From NCBI GenBank assembly GCA_044342355.1, contig JBIIQA010000001.1:1-45011 (forward strand): a DNA stretch of 45,011 nt, given 5' to 3'. The notes below the pieces were generated by a model. It ran no database searches and was not told the origin of the DNA. It was given only the letters and a program-made list of their open reading frames with translations. The translations under genes and the position numbers were made by a program. Of this stretch, positions 29,505 to 39,399 are shown one piece after another. This stretch comes from Miltoncostaeaceae bacterium (lineage in GTDB: Bacteria; Actinomycetota; Thermoleophilia; Miltoncostaeales; Miltoncostaeaceae). Within the stretch, counting starts at the first letter, position 1, and each line of letters begins with the position of its first letter.

Positions 29505-29576
29505 GGGAGGGACCGCGGCGAAACCCGACCCGGTAAGGCCGAACCCATCCCGAGACGGAGTGGAGCCAGTACTTCC

Positions 29577-30452
29577 ATGGCACGAATCGATGACATGCAC
29601 GACGACCCCGGCAGCAGCCGCCCGTCCTTCACCCTGGTGAAGGTCCCGGATGAGGCCGCCGCCGAGGAGTCGGTCGCGCCGATGTTCAGCGAGCCGGTTC
29701 AGGACGGCAAGCGCCGCAAGGGCGACATCTTCCGCCCGGGCCCCGGACCGATGGTGGAGCTCCGGGGGGTAACCAAGACCTACGACGGCGACAACCGCGG
29801 CCTCGACGGCGTCTCGCTGCGCATCAACACCGGCGAGTTCGTGTTCCTCGTGGGACCGTCCGGCTCGGGCAAGTCGACCTTCATCCGGCTCATCATCCGC
29901 GAACTGCGCCCCACCGCGGGCAGCGTGGTGGTGGGTGGCCGGGACCTCGGTGAACTGCGACGGAGCAAGATTCCGTACCTCCGCCGCGCCATCGGGTGCG
30001 TGTTCCAGGACTTCCGCCTCCTCCCCGACCGCACCGCGGCGGAGAACGTGGCGTACGCCCTTCAGGTGACGGGTCACTCCGCGAAGGAGGTGCGCCGTCG
30101 CGTGCCTGAGATCCTCTCGCTGGTGGGCCTTGACGACAAGTTCGACCGCCTCCCGCGTGAGCTGTCGGGCGGCGAGCAGCAGCGCGTGTCGATTGCCCGC
30201 GCCCTCGTGAACCACCCGCGGCTGCTCATCGCCGACGAGCCCACGGGCAACCTCGACCCCGACACCTCCTTCGAGATCATGGATCTCCTCACCCGTATCC
30301 ACCGCACGGGTACCACCGTGCTGGTGGCAACGCACGACCAGCACACGGTCGACCGCATGCAGATGCGCGTGATCGCGCTCGAGGACGGTCGTCTGGTGCG
30401 TGACGAGGAGTCGGCCGGCTATCACGAGACGACGGGGGAGGTCCACGCATGA
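29577..30452 (+). CDS. ftsE: cell-division ABC ATPase FtsE (start either ATG 29577 or ATG 29751)
   Basis: The canonical FtsE core begins at MVELRGVTKTY (29751), with Walker A GPSGSGKST, LSGGEQQRV and Walker B LLIADEP. The in-frame ATG 29577 would add a 58-aa acidic/Pro-rich extension. Confidence 0.88.
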   Translation: MARIDDMHDDPGSSRPSFTLVKVPDEAAAEESVAPMFSEPVQDGKRRKGDIFRPGPGPMVELRGVTKTYDGDNRGLDGVSLRINTGEFVFLVGPSGSGKSTFIRLIIRELRPTAGSVVVGGRDLGELRRSKIPYLRRAIGCVFQDFRLLPDRTAAENVAYALQVTGHSAKEVRRRVPEILSLVGLDDKFDRLPRELSGGEQQRVSIARALVNHPRLLIADEPTGNLDPDTSFEIMDLLTRIHRTGTTVLVATHDQHTVDRMQMRVIALEDGRLVRDEESAGYHETTGEVHA

Positions 30453-31351
30453 GGGTCGGCATGTTCTTCCGCGAGGCGCTCCGCAGCATCCGCGCGAACG
30501 CCGCCATCTCGGTTGCCGCCACGGTCACCGCGCTGATCGCCGTGTTCATCCTCGGCGCCTTCATCCCGTCGTACATGTACGTGCAGTCGGCCGTTGACTC
30601 GCAGAAGGCCAAGGTTGACGTCGACGTCTACATCTCCGACAACGCCACCGTCGCCCAGGTGAACACGCTGCGCGACAAGCTCAACGGGCTTCGCACCGAT
30701 GGCACGGTGGCCGCCATCACCTATGTCTCGAAGGATGACGCACTGCGCATCATGCGCGAGCGCCTGCGTGACCCGTCGGTGCTCGACGAGCTGCCGAGCA
30801 ACCCGTTGCCGGCGAAGTTCAACGTCAGGCCGACCGAGGCCGAGAACGCCGATGTCATCGTCGCCGCGGTGAAGGACGACGCTGCGCTCGACCCGACCGA
30901 GGGCATCGTGTACCCCGAGAGCACTGCTGACCGTCTGCTCACGGCCGCCACGTTCGTGCAGTGGGCGGGCTTCGCCCTGATCGGCGTGCTGCTCCTGGCC
31001 GCCGTGCTGCTCATCGGCAACACCATCCGTCTCTCGATCTTCGCGCGACGCCGCGAGGTCGAGGTGATGCGCCTCGTGGGTGCCACCAACTGGTTCATCC
31101 GGTGGCCGTTCATGATCGAGGGAGTGATCTGCGGCCTCGTGGGCGCGGTCGTGGCAGTGGGGATGCTCTGGGGTCTCAAGGTGGGCGTGGTGGATGCCTG
31201 GGCTGCGGGTGCGGACACGGCCCTCACCAAGACGGGCTCCACGGCCGGGGCCATCGCGTTCCCCATGCTCACACTCATCCTCGTGGGAGCCGGTGCGCTG
31301 CTCGGCGCCGTCGGCAGCGCCATCACCCTGCGCCGCTTCCTGCGCATCTGA
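30449..31351 (+). CDS. ftsX: cell-division permease-like protein FtsX
   Basis: ATGA overlap with ftsE. TM1, then a periplasmic domain (YISKDDALRIMRERL...NPLPAKF), then three C-terminal TM helices. Confidence 0.92.
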   Translation: MRVGMFFREALRSIRANAAISVAATVTALIAVFILGAFIPSYMYVQSAVDSQKAKVDVDVYISDNATVAQVNTLRDKLNGLRTDGTVAAITYVSKDDALRIMRERLRDPSVLDELPSNPLPAKFNVRPTEAENADVIVAAVKDDAALDPTEGIVYPESTADRLLTAATFVQWAGFALIGVLLLAAVLLIGNTIRLSIFARRREVEVMRLVGATNWFIRWPFMIEGVICGLVGAVVAVGMLWGLKVGVVDAWAAGADTALTKTGSTAGAIAFPMLTLILVGAGALLGAVGSAITLRRFLRI

Positions 31352-31402
31352 TCGGTTCCGCGGCGGCGGCGCCTTCGCGCGCCGCCGCCCGGACGCCATA
31401 AC

Positions 31403-32596
31403 ATGGGGCCAGTGCGAACGCCGCCCCGCCCCACACGCCGCCGTATCGCCATCGCGGGCGGTGCCGTTCTCATCGCGGTGGCCATCTTCCTGCTCGGTGC
31501 GCTGTTCGGCACGCCGCTGCGCGAGACGGTCACGCAGACCCGGTCGGGCTCGCTGCCCGATCAGGTGACCGGGGTCATCGTCGATCGCTTTCGGGGCCCG
31601 GTGGACCGGGAGAAGCTGGAGCGGATCGGGGCCAAGGCGATCGCCGATTCCCTCGGTGATCCCTACACCGCGTACCTCACGCCGGAAGAGTATGCGCGGC
31701 TGAAGAGGGCGAGTAACCGCGCGTACATCGGTGTGGGCATCCGCGTGCGCCAGACGCCCTCCGCGCTCGTGGTGCGACAGGTGTTCACGGGCAGTCCCGC
31801 CGCCGCGGCCGGCCTGCGCGTGGGTGACCGGATCGTGGCGGTGGGCGGGGTGCCGGTGTCGCGCCGCGGCCCGCTGCGCAGCGTGGAGGGGATTCTCGGC
31901 GCGGCGGGCACATCGGCGGTACTGCGGGTGCGCACGGGTGATGATCCCCCCCGCACGGTGCGCATCACGCGCGGGGACGTGACGCAGCCGATGATCGAAA
32001 CCCGCATGGTCACGGCGCCCGGTGGCGGGAAGGTGGGGGTCATCGTGCTCGACCGCTTCGAGTCCGGTGCGGGCGATGAGGTGGGAGACGCCGCACGTGG
32101 CCTCATCGATGACGGCGCGCGCGCACTTGTTCTCGATCTCCGTGGTGATCCGGGCGGCCTGCTGGACGAGGCGGTGTCGGTGGCCGGTGTGTTCCTCCCC
32201 AAGGGCGACGTGGTCGTGAGCACGCGCGGACGGGCATCGCCCGAGCGGGTACTCAGGGCCGACGGCGACCCCATCCCTGCGGACATCCCGGTTGCCGTGC
32301 TGGTGGACGGCCGGAGCGCCAGCGCATCGGAGATCGTCGCCGGGGCACTCAAGGACCAGGGCCGCGCGGTGGTGGTGGGCACGCCGACGTTCGGCAAGTC
32401 GAAGGTGCAGGTGACGCAGGGCACGAGCGACGGCGGGGCCGTGCGCGTCACCATCGCCGGATATGTCACGCCGAAGGGGACGGATATCGGCAAGGGCGGC
32501 GTGATGCCCGACGTGCGGGTGTCCGACGCCCCCGGCACCGATGCGGATGAGGCCCTCGACCGTGCCGTGGCCGCGCTGCAGTCGAAGGGGGGCTAG
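31403..32596 (+). CDS. S41 family C-terminal processing peptidase with PDZ domain
   Basis: PDZ region GSPAAAAGLRVGDRIVAVGG. LDLRGDPGGLL, and catalytic SASASEI...GTPTFGKSKVQ (Ser/Lys dyad context). Confidence 0.88.
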   Translation: MGPVRTPPRPTRRRIAIAGGAVLIAVAIFLLGALFGTPLRETVTQTRSGSLPDQVTGVIVDRFRGPVDREKLERIGAKAIADSLGDPYTAYLTPEEYARLKRASNRAYIGVGIRVRQTPSALVVRQVFTGSPAAAAGLRVGDRIVAVGGVPVSRRGPLRSVEGILGAAGTSAVLRVRTGDDPPRTVRITRGDVTQPMIETRMVTAPGGGKVGVIVLDRFESGAGDEVGDAARGLIDDGARALVLDLRGDPGGLLDEAVSVAGVFLPKGDVVVSTRGRASPERVLRADGDPIPADIPVAVLVDGRSASASEIVAGALKDQGRAVVVGTPTFGKSKVQVTQGTSDGGAVRVTIAGYVTPKGTDIGKGGVMPDVRVSDAPGTDADEALDRAVAALQSKGG

Positions 32597-32600
32597 CGCC

Positions 32601-34349
32601 GTGGCGAGGGGGCGCACCGGTGCATCGTTCGTTGCGGAGATGGTGCCCGCGGGCCGCGGCATGGCCGCGCGCCCGGCCTTTGTGATGGGTCCTGAGGTGC
32701 CGTTGCTCAAGGCGCGCCGCGGCGACGCGCGCATCGGTGATCTGGTGACCGCGCGCCTGAAGGGAGGGGGATGCGAGGTGACGGCGGTGCATGGCCGGCT
32801 GACCTCCGCCGGTGCCGCGATCCGCGCGCTCATCGCCCACGAGGGTCTTGGACGGGGCTTTGGGTCGAAGGCCCGTGAGGAGGCCGAGGCCGCCGCCCTG
32901 GAGCAGGTGCATGCCGATGCCGGCCGCCGCGACATGCGGGATCAGCGCGTCATCACCATCGATCCCGCAGGCGCGAAGGACCATGACGACGCCATCGCCG
33001 TGGCGCGTGAGGGCGACGGAATCCGCCTGTGGGTGCATATCGCCGACGTGAGCCGGTTCGTGCGTGCCGGCGGTGCGATCGATCGCGAGGCCGAGCGGCG
33101 GGGCTGCTCGGTGTACCTCCCCGGAGTCGTCGATCCCATGCTGCCGGAGCGGCTCTCGAACGACATCTGCTCCCTCCGGCCCGATGAGGACCGCTCGGCC
33201 CTGACCGCCCACATGCTGGTGATGCCCGACGGCACGGTGACGGGGGAGGGATTTCACCGTTCCCTCATCCGCTCGGACCGGCGGCTGACCTACCCCGAGG
33301 TGGATGCCTTCCTCGAGGGCACCGCCTCGCTCGGCGATGGCGTGATGGAGGGCGACGTGCAACTGGCCATGGAGCTGGCGCGCGCGCTGCGGGCGCGTCG
33401 CATGCGGCGGGGCGCACTCGACATCGCCACCACCGAGCCCCGCTTCCGCTTCGATGGCGACCGGGTGCTGGCGGTCGACCTGGAGCGCCAGACCGACGCC
33501 CACTCGCTGATCGAGGAGTGCATGATCGCCGCCAACGAGGCGGTCGCGCGGTTTCTCATCGCCAAGCGCGTCCCCGCCCTCTACCGCGTGCACGCCGACC
33601 CCGACCAGGTGGCCATCGAGGACCTGTGGGCCCGGCTGGAGGTGGTGGGTATTCCGGTGCCGCCGCTGGCCGATGGCATCCTCACGTCGGAGCAGCGCCG
33701 CGACGCAGCGGGCGTGGCCGCCCACGCGGTGCGCCTGTATGTGGAGCGAATGGGGGAGGGCGAGGCCTCGCTCCCCTTCATGGTGCTCCGGGCACTCCAG
33801 AAGGCCGTGTACCGCCCCGACGAGACCTCGCATTCGGGCCTCGCGAGCCCCGCGTACCTGCACTTCACATCCCCTATCCGCCGGTACCCCGACCTTGTGG
33901 TGCACCGCGCGCTCGTGCATGCGCTGGGCCTCGGGGAGCCCGCGCCCGACGCCGCCATGCTGCCGGAGGTGGCGCGTGACTCCTCCGACCGGGAGCGCGA
34001 CGCGACCATGCTCGAGCGCCGGGCCGACCGGATGTGCCTCGCCTACCTGCTGGCCCACAACCTCGCGGCCGATGACGAGTGGGACCGCCCCCGGGGTGGC
34101 GAGGTGACGGGCATCGGCCAGTCGGGGTTGTTCATCACCTTCGACGAGGTGTTTGACGGCTTCCTCCCATTCCGGCGCATGCTCGACGACCACTACGTGG
34201 CCGACCAGACGGAGGCCGAGGTGGTGGGCGAGGACACCGGTCGCCGCATCCGGCTGGGCGACGCCCTGCGCGTGCGTGTGGTCGATGTGGAGCCGCTGCG
34301 GGGCCGGGTCACCCTCGAGCCGGCCGATCGTCCGCCTCACCGGCGCTAA
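32601..34349 (+). CDS. rnr: RNB-family 3'-5' exoribonuclease (RNase R/RNase II-like) with C-terminal S1 domain
   Basis: ITIDPAGAKDHDDAIAV and the RNB core are present, followed by S1-like GEVTGIGQSGLFITF...VRVVDVEPLRGRVTLE. rnr-smpB adjacency is typical. GTG 32601 follows the upstream stop; ATG 32640 is an alternative start. Confidence 0.85.
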   Translation: MARGRTGASFVAEMVPAGRGMAARPAFVMGPEVPLLKARRGDARIGDLVTARLKGGGCEVTAVHGRLTSAGAAIRALIAHEGLGRGFGSKAREEAEAAALEQVHADAGRRDMRDQRVITIDPAGAKDHDDAIAVAREGDGIRLWVHIADVSRFVRAGGAIDREAERRGCSVYLPGVVDPMLPERLSNDICSLRPDEDRSALTAHMLVMPDGTVTGEGFHRSLIRSDRRLTYPEVDAFLEGTASLGDGVMEGDVQLAMELARALRARRMRRGALDIATTEPRFRFDGDRVLAVDLERQTDAHSLIEECMIAANEAVARFLIAKRVPALYRVHADPDQVAIEDLWARLEVVGIPVPPLADGILTSEQRRDAAGVAAHAVRLYVERMGEGEASLPFMVLRALQKAVYRPDETSHSGLASPAYLHFTSPIRRYPDLVVHRALVHALGLGEPAPDAAMLPEVARDSSDRERDATMLERRADRMCLAYLLAHNLAADDEWDRPRGGEVTGIGQSGLFITFDEVFDGFLPFRRMLDDHYVADQTEAEVVGEDTGRRIRLGDALRVRVVDVEPLRGRVTLEPADRPPHRR

Positions 34350-34361
34350 CCTCACCGGGCA

Positions 34362-34862
34362 ATGGGCAAGAAGGCCAACTCCAAGGGCGCCGCGAAGGTG
34401 CCGCCGCGCAAGGACATCGCGCAGAACCGCAAGGCGCTGCACGAGTACGAGATCTCGGATCGATACGAGGCGGGCATCGCTCTCACCGGAACCGAGGTGA
34501 AGGGCCTGCGCGAGTCCGGAGCGATGATCCGCGAGGCCTACGCCCAGGTGATCGACGACGAGGTGTTTCTCGTGGGCGCGCACATCAGCGACTACGGGCC
34601 GGCCGGTGGCCGCGGGCACGACCCGCAGCGCACGCGCCGCCTGCTGCTGCACCGCCGTGAGATCGACAAAATCGCCGGAAAGGTTGCGGAGAAGGGCGTG
34701 GCCCTCATTCCGCTGCGCATGTACTTCAACGACGACGGCCGCGCCAAGATCGAGCTCGGGATCGGCCGCGGCCGTACGCAGTACGACAAGCGCGTGGCCA
34801 TCAAGGACCGTGAGATGAACCGTGAACTGTCGAGGGCCAACGCCCGCCGCGGCCGCGGCTGA
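34362..34862 (+). CDS. smpB: SsrA-binding protein SmpB
   Basis: NRKALHEYEI...GIALTGTEVK...RTRRLLLHRREI...IPLRMYF...KIELGIGRGRTQYDKR. Confidence 0.95.
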   Translation: MGKKANSKGAAKVPPRKDIAQNRKALHEYEISDRYEAGIALTGTEVKGLRESGAMIREAYAQVIDDEVFLVGAHISDYGPAGGRGHDPQRTRRLLLHRREIDKIAGKVAEKGVALIPLRMYFNDDGRAKIELGIGRGRTQYDKRVAIKDREMNRELSRANARRGRG

Positions 34863-34882
34863 TCACCGACGGGGGAGAGCAC

Positions 34883-35338
34883 ATGAGGAACGCAATCGTC
34901 GCGACCGCCGCCATCGGAGTGGGCAGCCTCGTCATGTTCGCGGGGTCGGCGGCCGCCGCGCCCGCGAGCCTGCCCCGGCCGCAACTGACGGGGTACCAGA
35001 TGGTCAACCGGTTCATGGCCAACCTGGAGTCGGGCAACGTGGCCAGACTCAACGCGCTGCTGGCGCCGTCATTCGTCGTGCAGCGCGCGAATGGCACATG
35101 GGCGGCCAAGCCGGCCTACATGAAGTCGCTTCCGCGGGTCGCGTCGTATGTCATCAGCGCGTCGTTCTCGACGTACTCCGCGGGGGCCCTGACGGTGCGA
35201 TGGGAGCTCGCGGCCAGCGAGACGCTGCCCGGCGCGCCGGTGGGCAGTACCCCTGCGCCGCGACTGTCCACGTTCATCTGGACGCCATCCGGGTTCCGGC
35301 TCACCTCACACGCCAACTTCAACCCGCCGGTGTCGTAG
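34883..35338 (+). CDS. secreted NTF2/SnoaL-like (DUF4440-type) small protein
   Basis: Signal peptide MRNAIVATAAIGVGSLVMFAGSAAAAP, then about 120 aa with an NTF2-like pattern (FMANLESGNVARLNALLAPSFVVQRANG). The family call is tentative. Confidence 0.55.
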   Translation: MRNAIVATAAIGVGSLVMFAGSAAAAPASLPRPQLTGYQMVNRFMANLESGNVARLNALLAPSFVVQRANGTWAAKPAYMKSLPRVASYVISASFSTYSAGALTVRWELAASETLPGAPVGSTPAPRLSTFIWTPSGFRLTSHANFNPPVS

Positions 35339-35356
35339 GGGCGCGGGCGCCGTGCG

Positions 35357-35404
35357 CCCCGACATCAGGCTCACCGCCGACGGCACATGCTCCGGGGCGG
35401 CGAA
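35357..35404 (-). pseudogene. 48-bp relic of a lutC 3' region (encodes ..PEHVPSAVSLMSG..)
   Basis: 43 of 48 nt are identical to 37514-37561 inside lutC, in the same orientation. No start and no continuation are present. Confidence 0.75.
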
Positions 35405-35505
35405 ATCGGGGACGAGAGGTACGTGAGGCGACGCCATGCCCGAGCAGGCATCGGCCTCTCTATGCCCACGGCCCATGTACGGCCAGCGGGGAGCGCATTG
35501 AGTGA

Positions 35506-37401
35506 TCACTTCTCCATTGGCCATGCAGACGAACGCGTGAATGCATCGGCGTAGGCGATGCGCGGGTTCGTCGCGCTCACGGGCTGGAGCGGGTCGGTGG
35601 CGATGCGCCGCACCACAAGAATCTGGGCGCGGCGCATGACGGCAGGGGTGACGGCGCGGGTGCGGCGCACCACGCTCGATACGGTGACGTTGACGCCCTT
35701 GGCCCCGGGCCACGGAATGGACGGCGCAACCGAGGTCGCCCCGAGCCTGGTGTTCCCGACCATCGATCCCGCCAGCTGCATGATGCGCTTTCCCGTGACG
35801 GGGTCGCGAAGGATCATCGTGGTGCGAACCCGGCATGCGCGGGCGGGGTTACTCGCCACCGTCAGCTGCGCCCTGACGAGGTAGACACCCCGGTCCGGAT
35901 CAAAGGCAAGCCGTCGCGGGTCGTCCTGCATGAAGTTGCCCTCGCACGGTGTGCGGTAGTTCGCCACGAAGGGGTTGGTGCCCGACGGCCCGACCAGGTT
36001 GGCTGCGCCGAAGGCGACCTGCTGCGCGAAGAAGCCCACCACGGTGGTCGACGCGTTCGACGCGCTGGCCACTCCCGTGCCGCGGTTGGTGCCCGCGCCC
36101 CCGGTCCCGGTGGCCCAGGCCACCTGGCCGTTCGGCTGCACCCGTGCAACCAGCACGCTGCTGCCCGAACCGGCAGGCAGCGGCGTTCCGCCGAAGGTCG
36201 CGCCGCCCGTGCCGGAGTAGAACCCGGTCACCGTGGCCGATCCGTCGGGGTGCGTTGCCACGGCCTGGCCCCGGTCGGTACCGGTGCCGCCGCCGCGGAG
36301 TGCCCAGGCGAACTGACCCCTCGGGGTCACCTTTGCCACGAAGATGTCGTTGCCGCCAGCTGTCTCGAGGGCAGTGCCGCCCAGGCGCGCCGGGGTGCTG
36401 CTGAAGAAGCCCGTCACCACGGACGAGCCATCACCGAGTGCCGAGACGCCCATACCCCAGTCCACGCCCGTGCCACCGGCAGAGGTTGCCCACGCCACGC
36501 TGCCGCCCGCGGTCACCTTGGCCACCCAGGCGTCCTTGTCACCGGCGCTGCCGAGCAGGCGCCCGCCCAAGGTCATGGTTCCCGTGAACAGCCCGGTCAC
36601 CACCACGCCGCCCGTTGGCAGTGCCGATACCCCGTAGGCGCCGTCGTCGCCGGTCGGCGAGCCCCCGGGGATTGCCCAGGCGACCGTGCCGCTGGGCATC
36701 ACCCGGGCGATGAACGCATCCCAGCCCCCGGTGCTCGTGAGGGTGGTGGATCCGAGCGTCATCTGGCCGTTGAACTCGCCCACCACGATCGTCGACCCGT
36801 CGGCAAGGGCCGCAACCGACCTGGCGCCCGCCTTCTGGCCGACCGCCCCGGTGGTGCCGGGGATGGCCCAGACCACGCTGCCGGTGGGGGTCAGCTTCGT
36901 GACGAAGGCGTCCCAGCCCGTGGACCCGCCTCCGCCGGTGAGCGTGGTGGACCCGAAGCTCGCCGGCCCCACGAACTTGCCCACCATCACGGACGACCCG
37001 TCGGGCAGCGTGGCCACCCCGGTTGCCTCGTCGGCCCCGGCGCCGCCCACCCGCGTGGTCCACTGGAATGCCCCGCGCTCCGTGACGCCGGTGGCGAACG
37101 CATCGGTGCCCGACGCCCCTGCCTGCGTGAGCGTGACCGGGATAGGTGTGATGATATTGCCCACCACCACGGACGACCCGTTCGGACCGCGGGCGACTGC
37201 CGTGCTCCAGTCGGTGCCGGTGCCGGAAACGGTGGTGGCCCAGGGCACGCCCACGCCCGTGGGCAGGGAAGCGGCCAAGGCGGGAGGCGTGGTGACGGCC
37301 GCGGCGCCGACCGCGATGAGCCCGGCGGCAATGGCAGTGCGCGCGTGAATGGGAATCCTCCTGGGGCGCGGGGACGGGGGATGCTCCGAAGAGCATGCCA
37401 T
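35506..37401 (-). CDS. secreted SBBP-type beta-propeller repeat protein with an unassigned C-terminal domain of about 170 aa
   Basis: Signal-like N-terminus (RRIPIHARTAIAAGLIAVGAAAVTTPPALAAS). About 8 repeats of about 50 aa, with the pattern D-A/I-F-V-x-K-V/L..G..xWA..GG.g.D.g.gVa.L.DGS..VtG.F. GTG 37425 is an alternative start. Confidence 0.8.
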   Translation of the reverse strand: MACSSEHPPSPRPRRIPIHARTAIAAGLIAVGAAAVTTPPALAASLPTGVGVPWATTVSGTGTDWSTAVARGPNGSSVVVGNIITPIPVTLTQAGASGTDAFATGVTERGAFQWTTRVGGAGADEATGVATLPDGSSVMVGKFVGPASFGSTTLTGGGGSTGWDAFVTKLTPTGSVVWAIPGTTGAVGQKAGARSVAALADGSTIVVGEFNGQMTLGSTTLTSTGGWDAFIARVMPSGTVAWAIPGGSPTGDDGAYGVSALPTGGVVVTGLFTGTMTLGGRLLGSAGDKDAWVAKVTAGGSVAWATSAGGTGVDWGMGVSALGDGSSVVTGFFSSTPARLGGTALETAGGNDIFVAKVTPRGQFAWALRGGGTGTDRGQAVATHPDGSATVTGFYSGTGGATFGGTPLPAGSGSSVLVARVQPNGQVAWATGTGGAGTNRGTGVASASNASTTVVGFFAQQVAFGAANLVGPSGTNPFVANYRTPCEGNFMQDDPRRLAFDPDRGVYLVRAQLTVASNPARACRVRTTMILRDPVTGKRIMQLAGSMVGNTRLGATSVAPSIPWPGAKGVNVTVSSVVRRTRAVTPAVMRRAQILVVRRIATDPLQPVSATNPRIAYADAFTRSSAWPMEK

Positions 37402-37429
37402 TACCTCGTGTCCGTGTGTCTGCACCGGC

Positions 37430-38005
37430 CTACCGGATGATGACGACGTGCTCCGCGAGGGCGCCGTGCGCCCCGAGAGTGGAGATCTTCTCGATGTCGC
37501 TGGTGCGGCTGGGCCCCGACACCAGGCTCACCGCCGACGGCACGTGCTCCGGGTTCGCGAAGGTCTGCGCCAGTGCCTCACCGAGGGTGGCGACGATGCG
37601 GTCCTCGGGCAGCAGGGCGACGTGGTATCGGCTGGTGACGTCGAGGCCACGGCCGTGCAGCGGGGATGCCGCAAGCACCACCGTGCCGCGCTCGGCAACG
37701 GCGAGCGATGGCACGGTCACCCCGCACACGTCCTCCGGGCCCTCCAGTCCGAGCACCTCACGCCGCCCGAGCCCTGTGGGCCAGCGCAGGACGTCGATCC
37801 CCTCGCGGCGAAGGGCGTCGTCCAGCCCGACGTCGTCGACGATCGGGTCGGATGCCAGGACCGCGCGCACCACGCCGTGGTCGGCCATCCACGTGGCTGC
37901 GGCGCGCGCGGCGGATGTGCGGCCCACCACCTCGGAGGACGCCTTGCGCCGCGTGAGCGATGCCACCATCTCGTCCACCAGGGCGCTCACCGGCGCGGCG
38001 GCCAC
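37430..38005 (-). CDS. lutC: lactate utilisation protein C (LUD domain, YkgG-like)
   Basis: C-terminal SGPSRTSDIEKISTLGAHG signature of the LUD family; last gene of lutABC. Confidence 0.85.
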   Translation of the reverse strand: MAAAPVSALVDEMVASLTRRKASSEVVGRTSAARAAATWMADHGVVRAVLASDPIVDDVGLDDALRREGIDVLRWPTGLGRREVLGLEGPEDVCGVTVPSLAVAERGTVVLAASPLHGRGLDVTSRYHVALLPEDRIVATLGEALAQTFANPEHVPSAVSLVSGPSRTSDIEKISTLGAHGALAEHVVIIR

Positions 38006-39399
38006 GTGGCAGGCATGTCACGAACCTGGGTCCAGCCGGCACCCGGCCCGGGCAGGTGGGTGACCCAGCCGCCCTTGCGGCGCACCCGCAGCATCAGCCG
38101 CCAGCCCATCATCCACAGCCGGTAGGTGAGCGGCCTGCGCCACAGGAGGCTCCAGGCGCGGAACACCAGCCCCGTCTTCCGGGTGTCAGGGGATGACGCC
38201 CGCGCGCGTGCCTTCACCAGGAGGTCCTGCAGCGGGATGCCCACCGGGCAGGCCTCGCCGCACGCGCCGCACAGCGACGACATGAACGGCATGTCGCGCG
38301 AGGTGGGGGACGAGGGCCCTTCGAGCAGCGGCGTGATGACGGCCCCGATGGGGCCGGAGTACGGCGATCCGTATGCCTGGCCGCCCACCGTCTTCCACAT
38401 GGGGCACGAATACAGGCACGCGCCGCAGCGGATGCACGACAGCGCCTCTTCGAACTCGGTTCCACGAAGCGCGCTCCGCCCGCCGTCGACGATGACCAGG
38501 TGGAACTCGTCCGGGCCGTCCGACTCGCCCTCGCGCCGTGGTCCCGTGATGAGGTTCACGTAGTTGGCGGCGTCCTGGCCGATGGCCGCCATGGGCAGCA
38601 CCTGCAGGATGTGCGCGGCCTCGTCCCAGTCGGCCACCACCCGCTCCATGCCCATCACGGCCACGTGGATGCGCGGCTGCGACGTGACCAGCCGCGCATT
38701 GCCCTCGTTCTCCACGATGCACACCGTGCCGGTGGAAGCCACCCCGAGGTTCACGCCCGACACCCCGATCTGCGCCTGCGCGAACTTCTCGCGAAGCCGT
38801 ACGCGGGCATGGGCCACCAGGCCCTCGCGGTCGGTGGGCACATCATCGGTGCCGGCCTCCTCGCGGAAAAGCTGCGCCACCTGATCGCGGTTCAGGTGCA
38901 CCGCCGGCGCGATGATGTGCGAGGGGTGCTCGCCGCCCAGCTGCAGGATCCACTCCCCGAGGTCGGTCTCGACCACTTCGATCCCGGCCTCGGCCAGCGC
39001 CTCGTTGAGCTTGATCTCCTCGGTGGCCATCGACTTGCTCTTGGCCACCACCTTCGCGCCCCGTGCGCGGGCGAGGTCAGTGATGTACCGGCAGGCCTCG
39101 TGGCCGTCGGCGGCACGCACCACCACTCCGCCATTCGCGCGCACCTTGGCCTGCATCTCGCTCAGCAGTGCGGGCAGGTTCCGGATGTTCGACCGGCGTA
39201 TGTCGCGTGCCCGGTCGCGCATGTCGTCGAATCCGTGGTCGCGCGACATGGCCTCACGACCCGCCCCCCAGCTGTCGGCAGCGGTGCGCAGGTTGCCCCG
39301 CAGGGTGCGGTCGGCCATGGCGTCCACCGTGCGCTCGCGCAGCGTGCCCTCCACGTCGGAGTAGGCCACGCCCGCGGAGCGACGACGGGGAACCCTCAC
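37987..39399 (-). CDS. lutB: lactate utilisation iron-sulfur protein LutB (YkgF-like)
   Basis: GTG 39399 overlaps the lutA TGA (GTGA). LUD domain plus two ferredoxin-type cysteine motifs, CIRCGACLYSCP and CGACGEACP. Confidence 0.88.
   Translation of the reverse strand: MRVPRRRSAGVAYSDVEGTLRERTVDAMADRTLRGNLRTAADSWGAGREAMSRDHGFDDMRDRARDIRRSNIRNLPALLSEMQAKVRANGGVVVRAADGHEACRYITDLARARGAKVVAKSKSMATEEIKLNEALAEAGIEVVETDLGEWILQLGGEHPSHIIAPAVHLNRDQVAQLFREEAGTDDVPTDREGLVAHARVRLREKFAQAQIGVSGVNLGVASTGTVCIVENEGNARLVTSQPRIHVAVMGMERVVADWDEAAHILQVLPMAAIGQDAANYVNLITGPRREGESDGPDEFHLVIVDGGRSALRGTEFEEALSCIRCGACLYSCPMWKTVGGQAYGSPYSGPIGAVITPLLEGPSSPTSRDMPFMSSLCGACGEACPVGIPLQDLLVKARARASSPDTRKTGLVFRAWSLLWRRPLTYRLWMMGWRLMLRVRRKGGWVTHLPGPGAGWTQVRDMPATWPPRR

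Noticed and set aside
29577-29750. A 58-aa acidic/Pro-rich N-terminal extension on FtsE, considered as a novel domain.
   Set aside because: This may simply be start-codon ambiguity, since canonical FtsE begins at ATG 29751. The extension is low-complexity with no motif. I noted it in the feature rather than as a finding.
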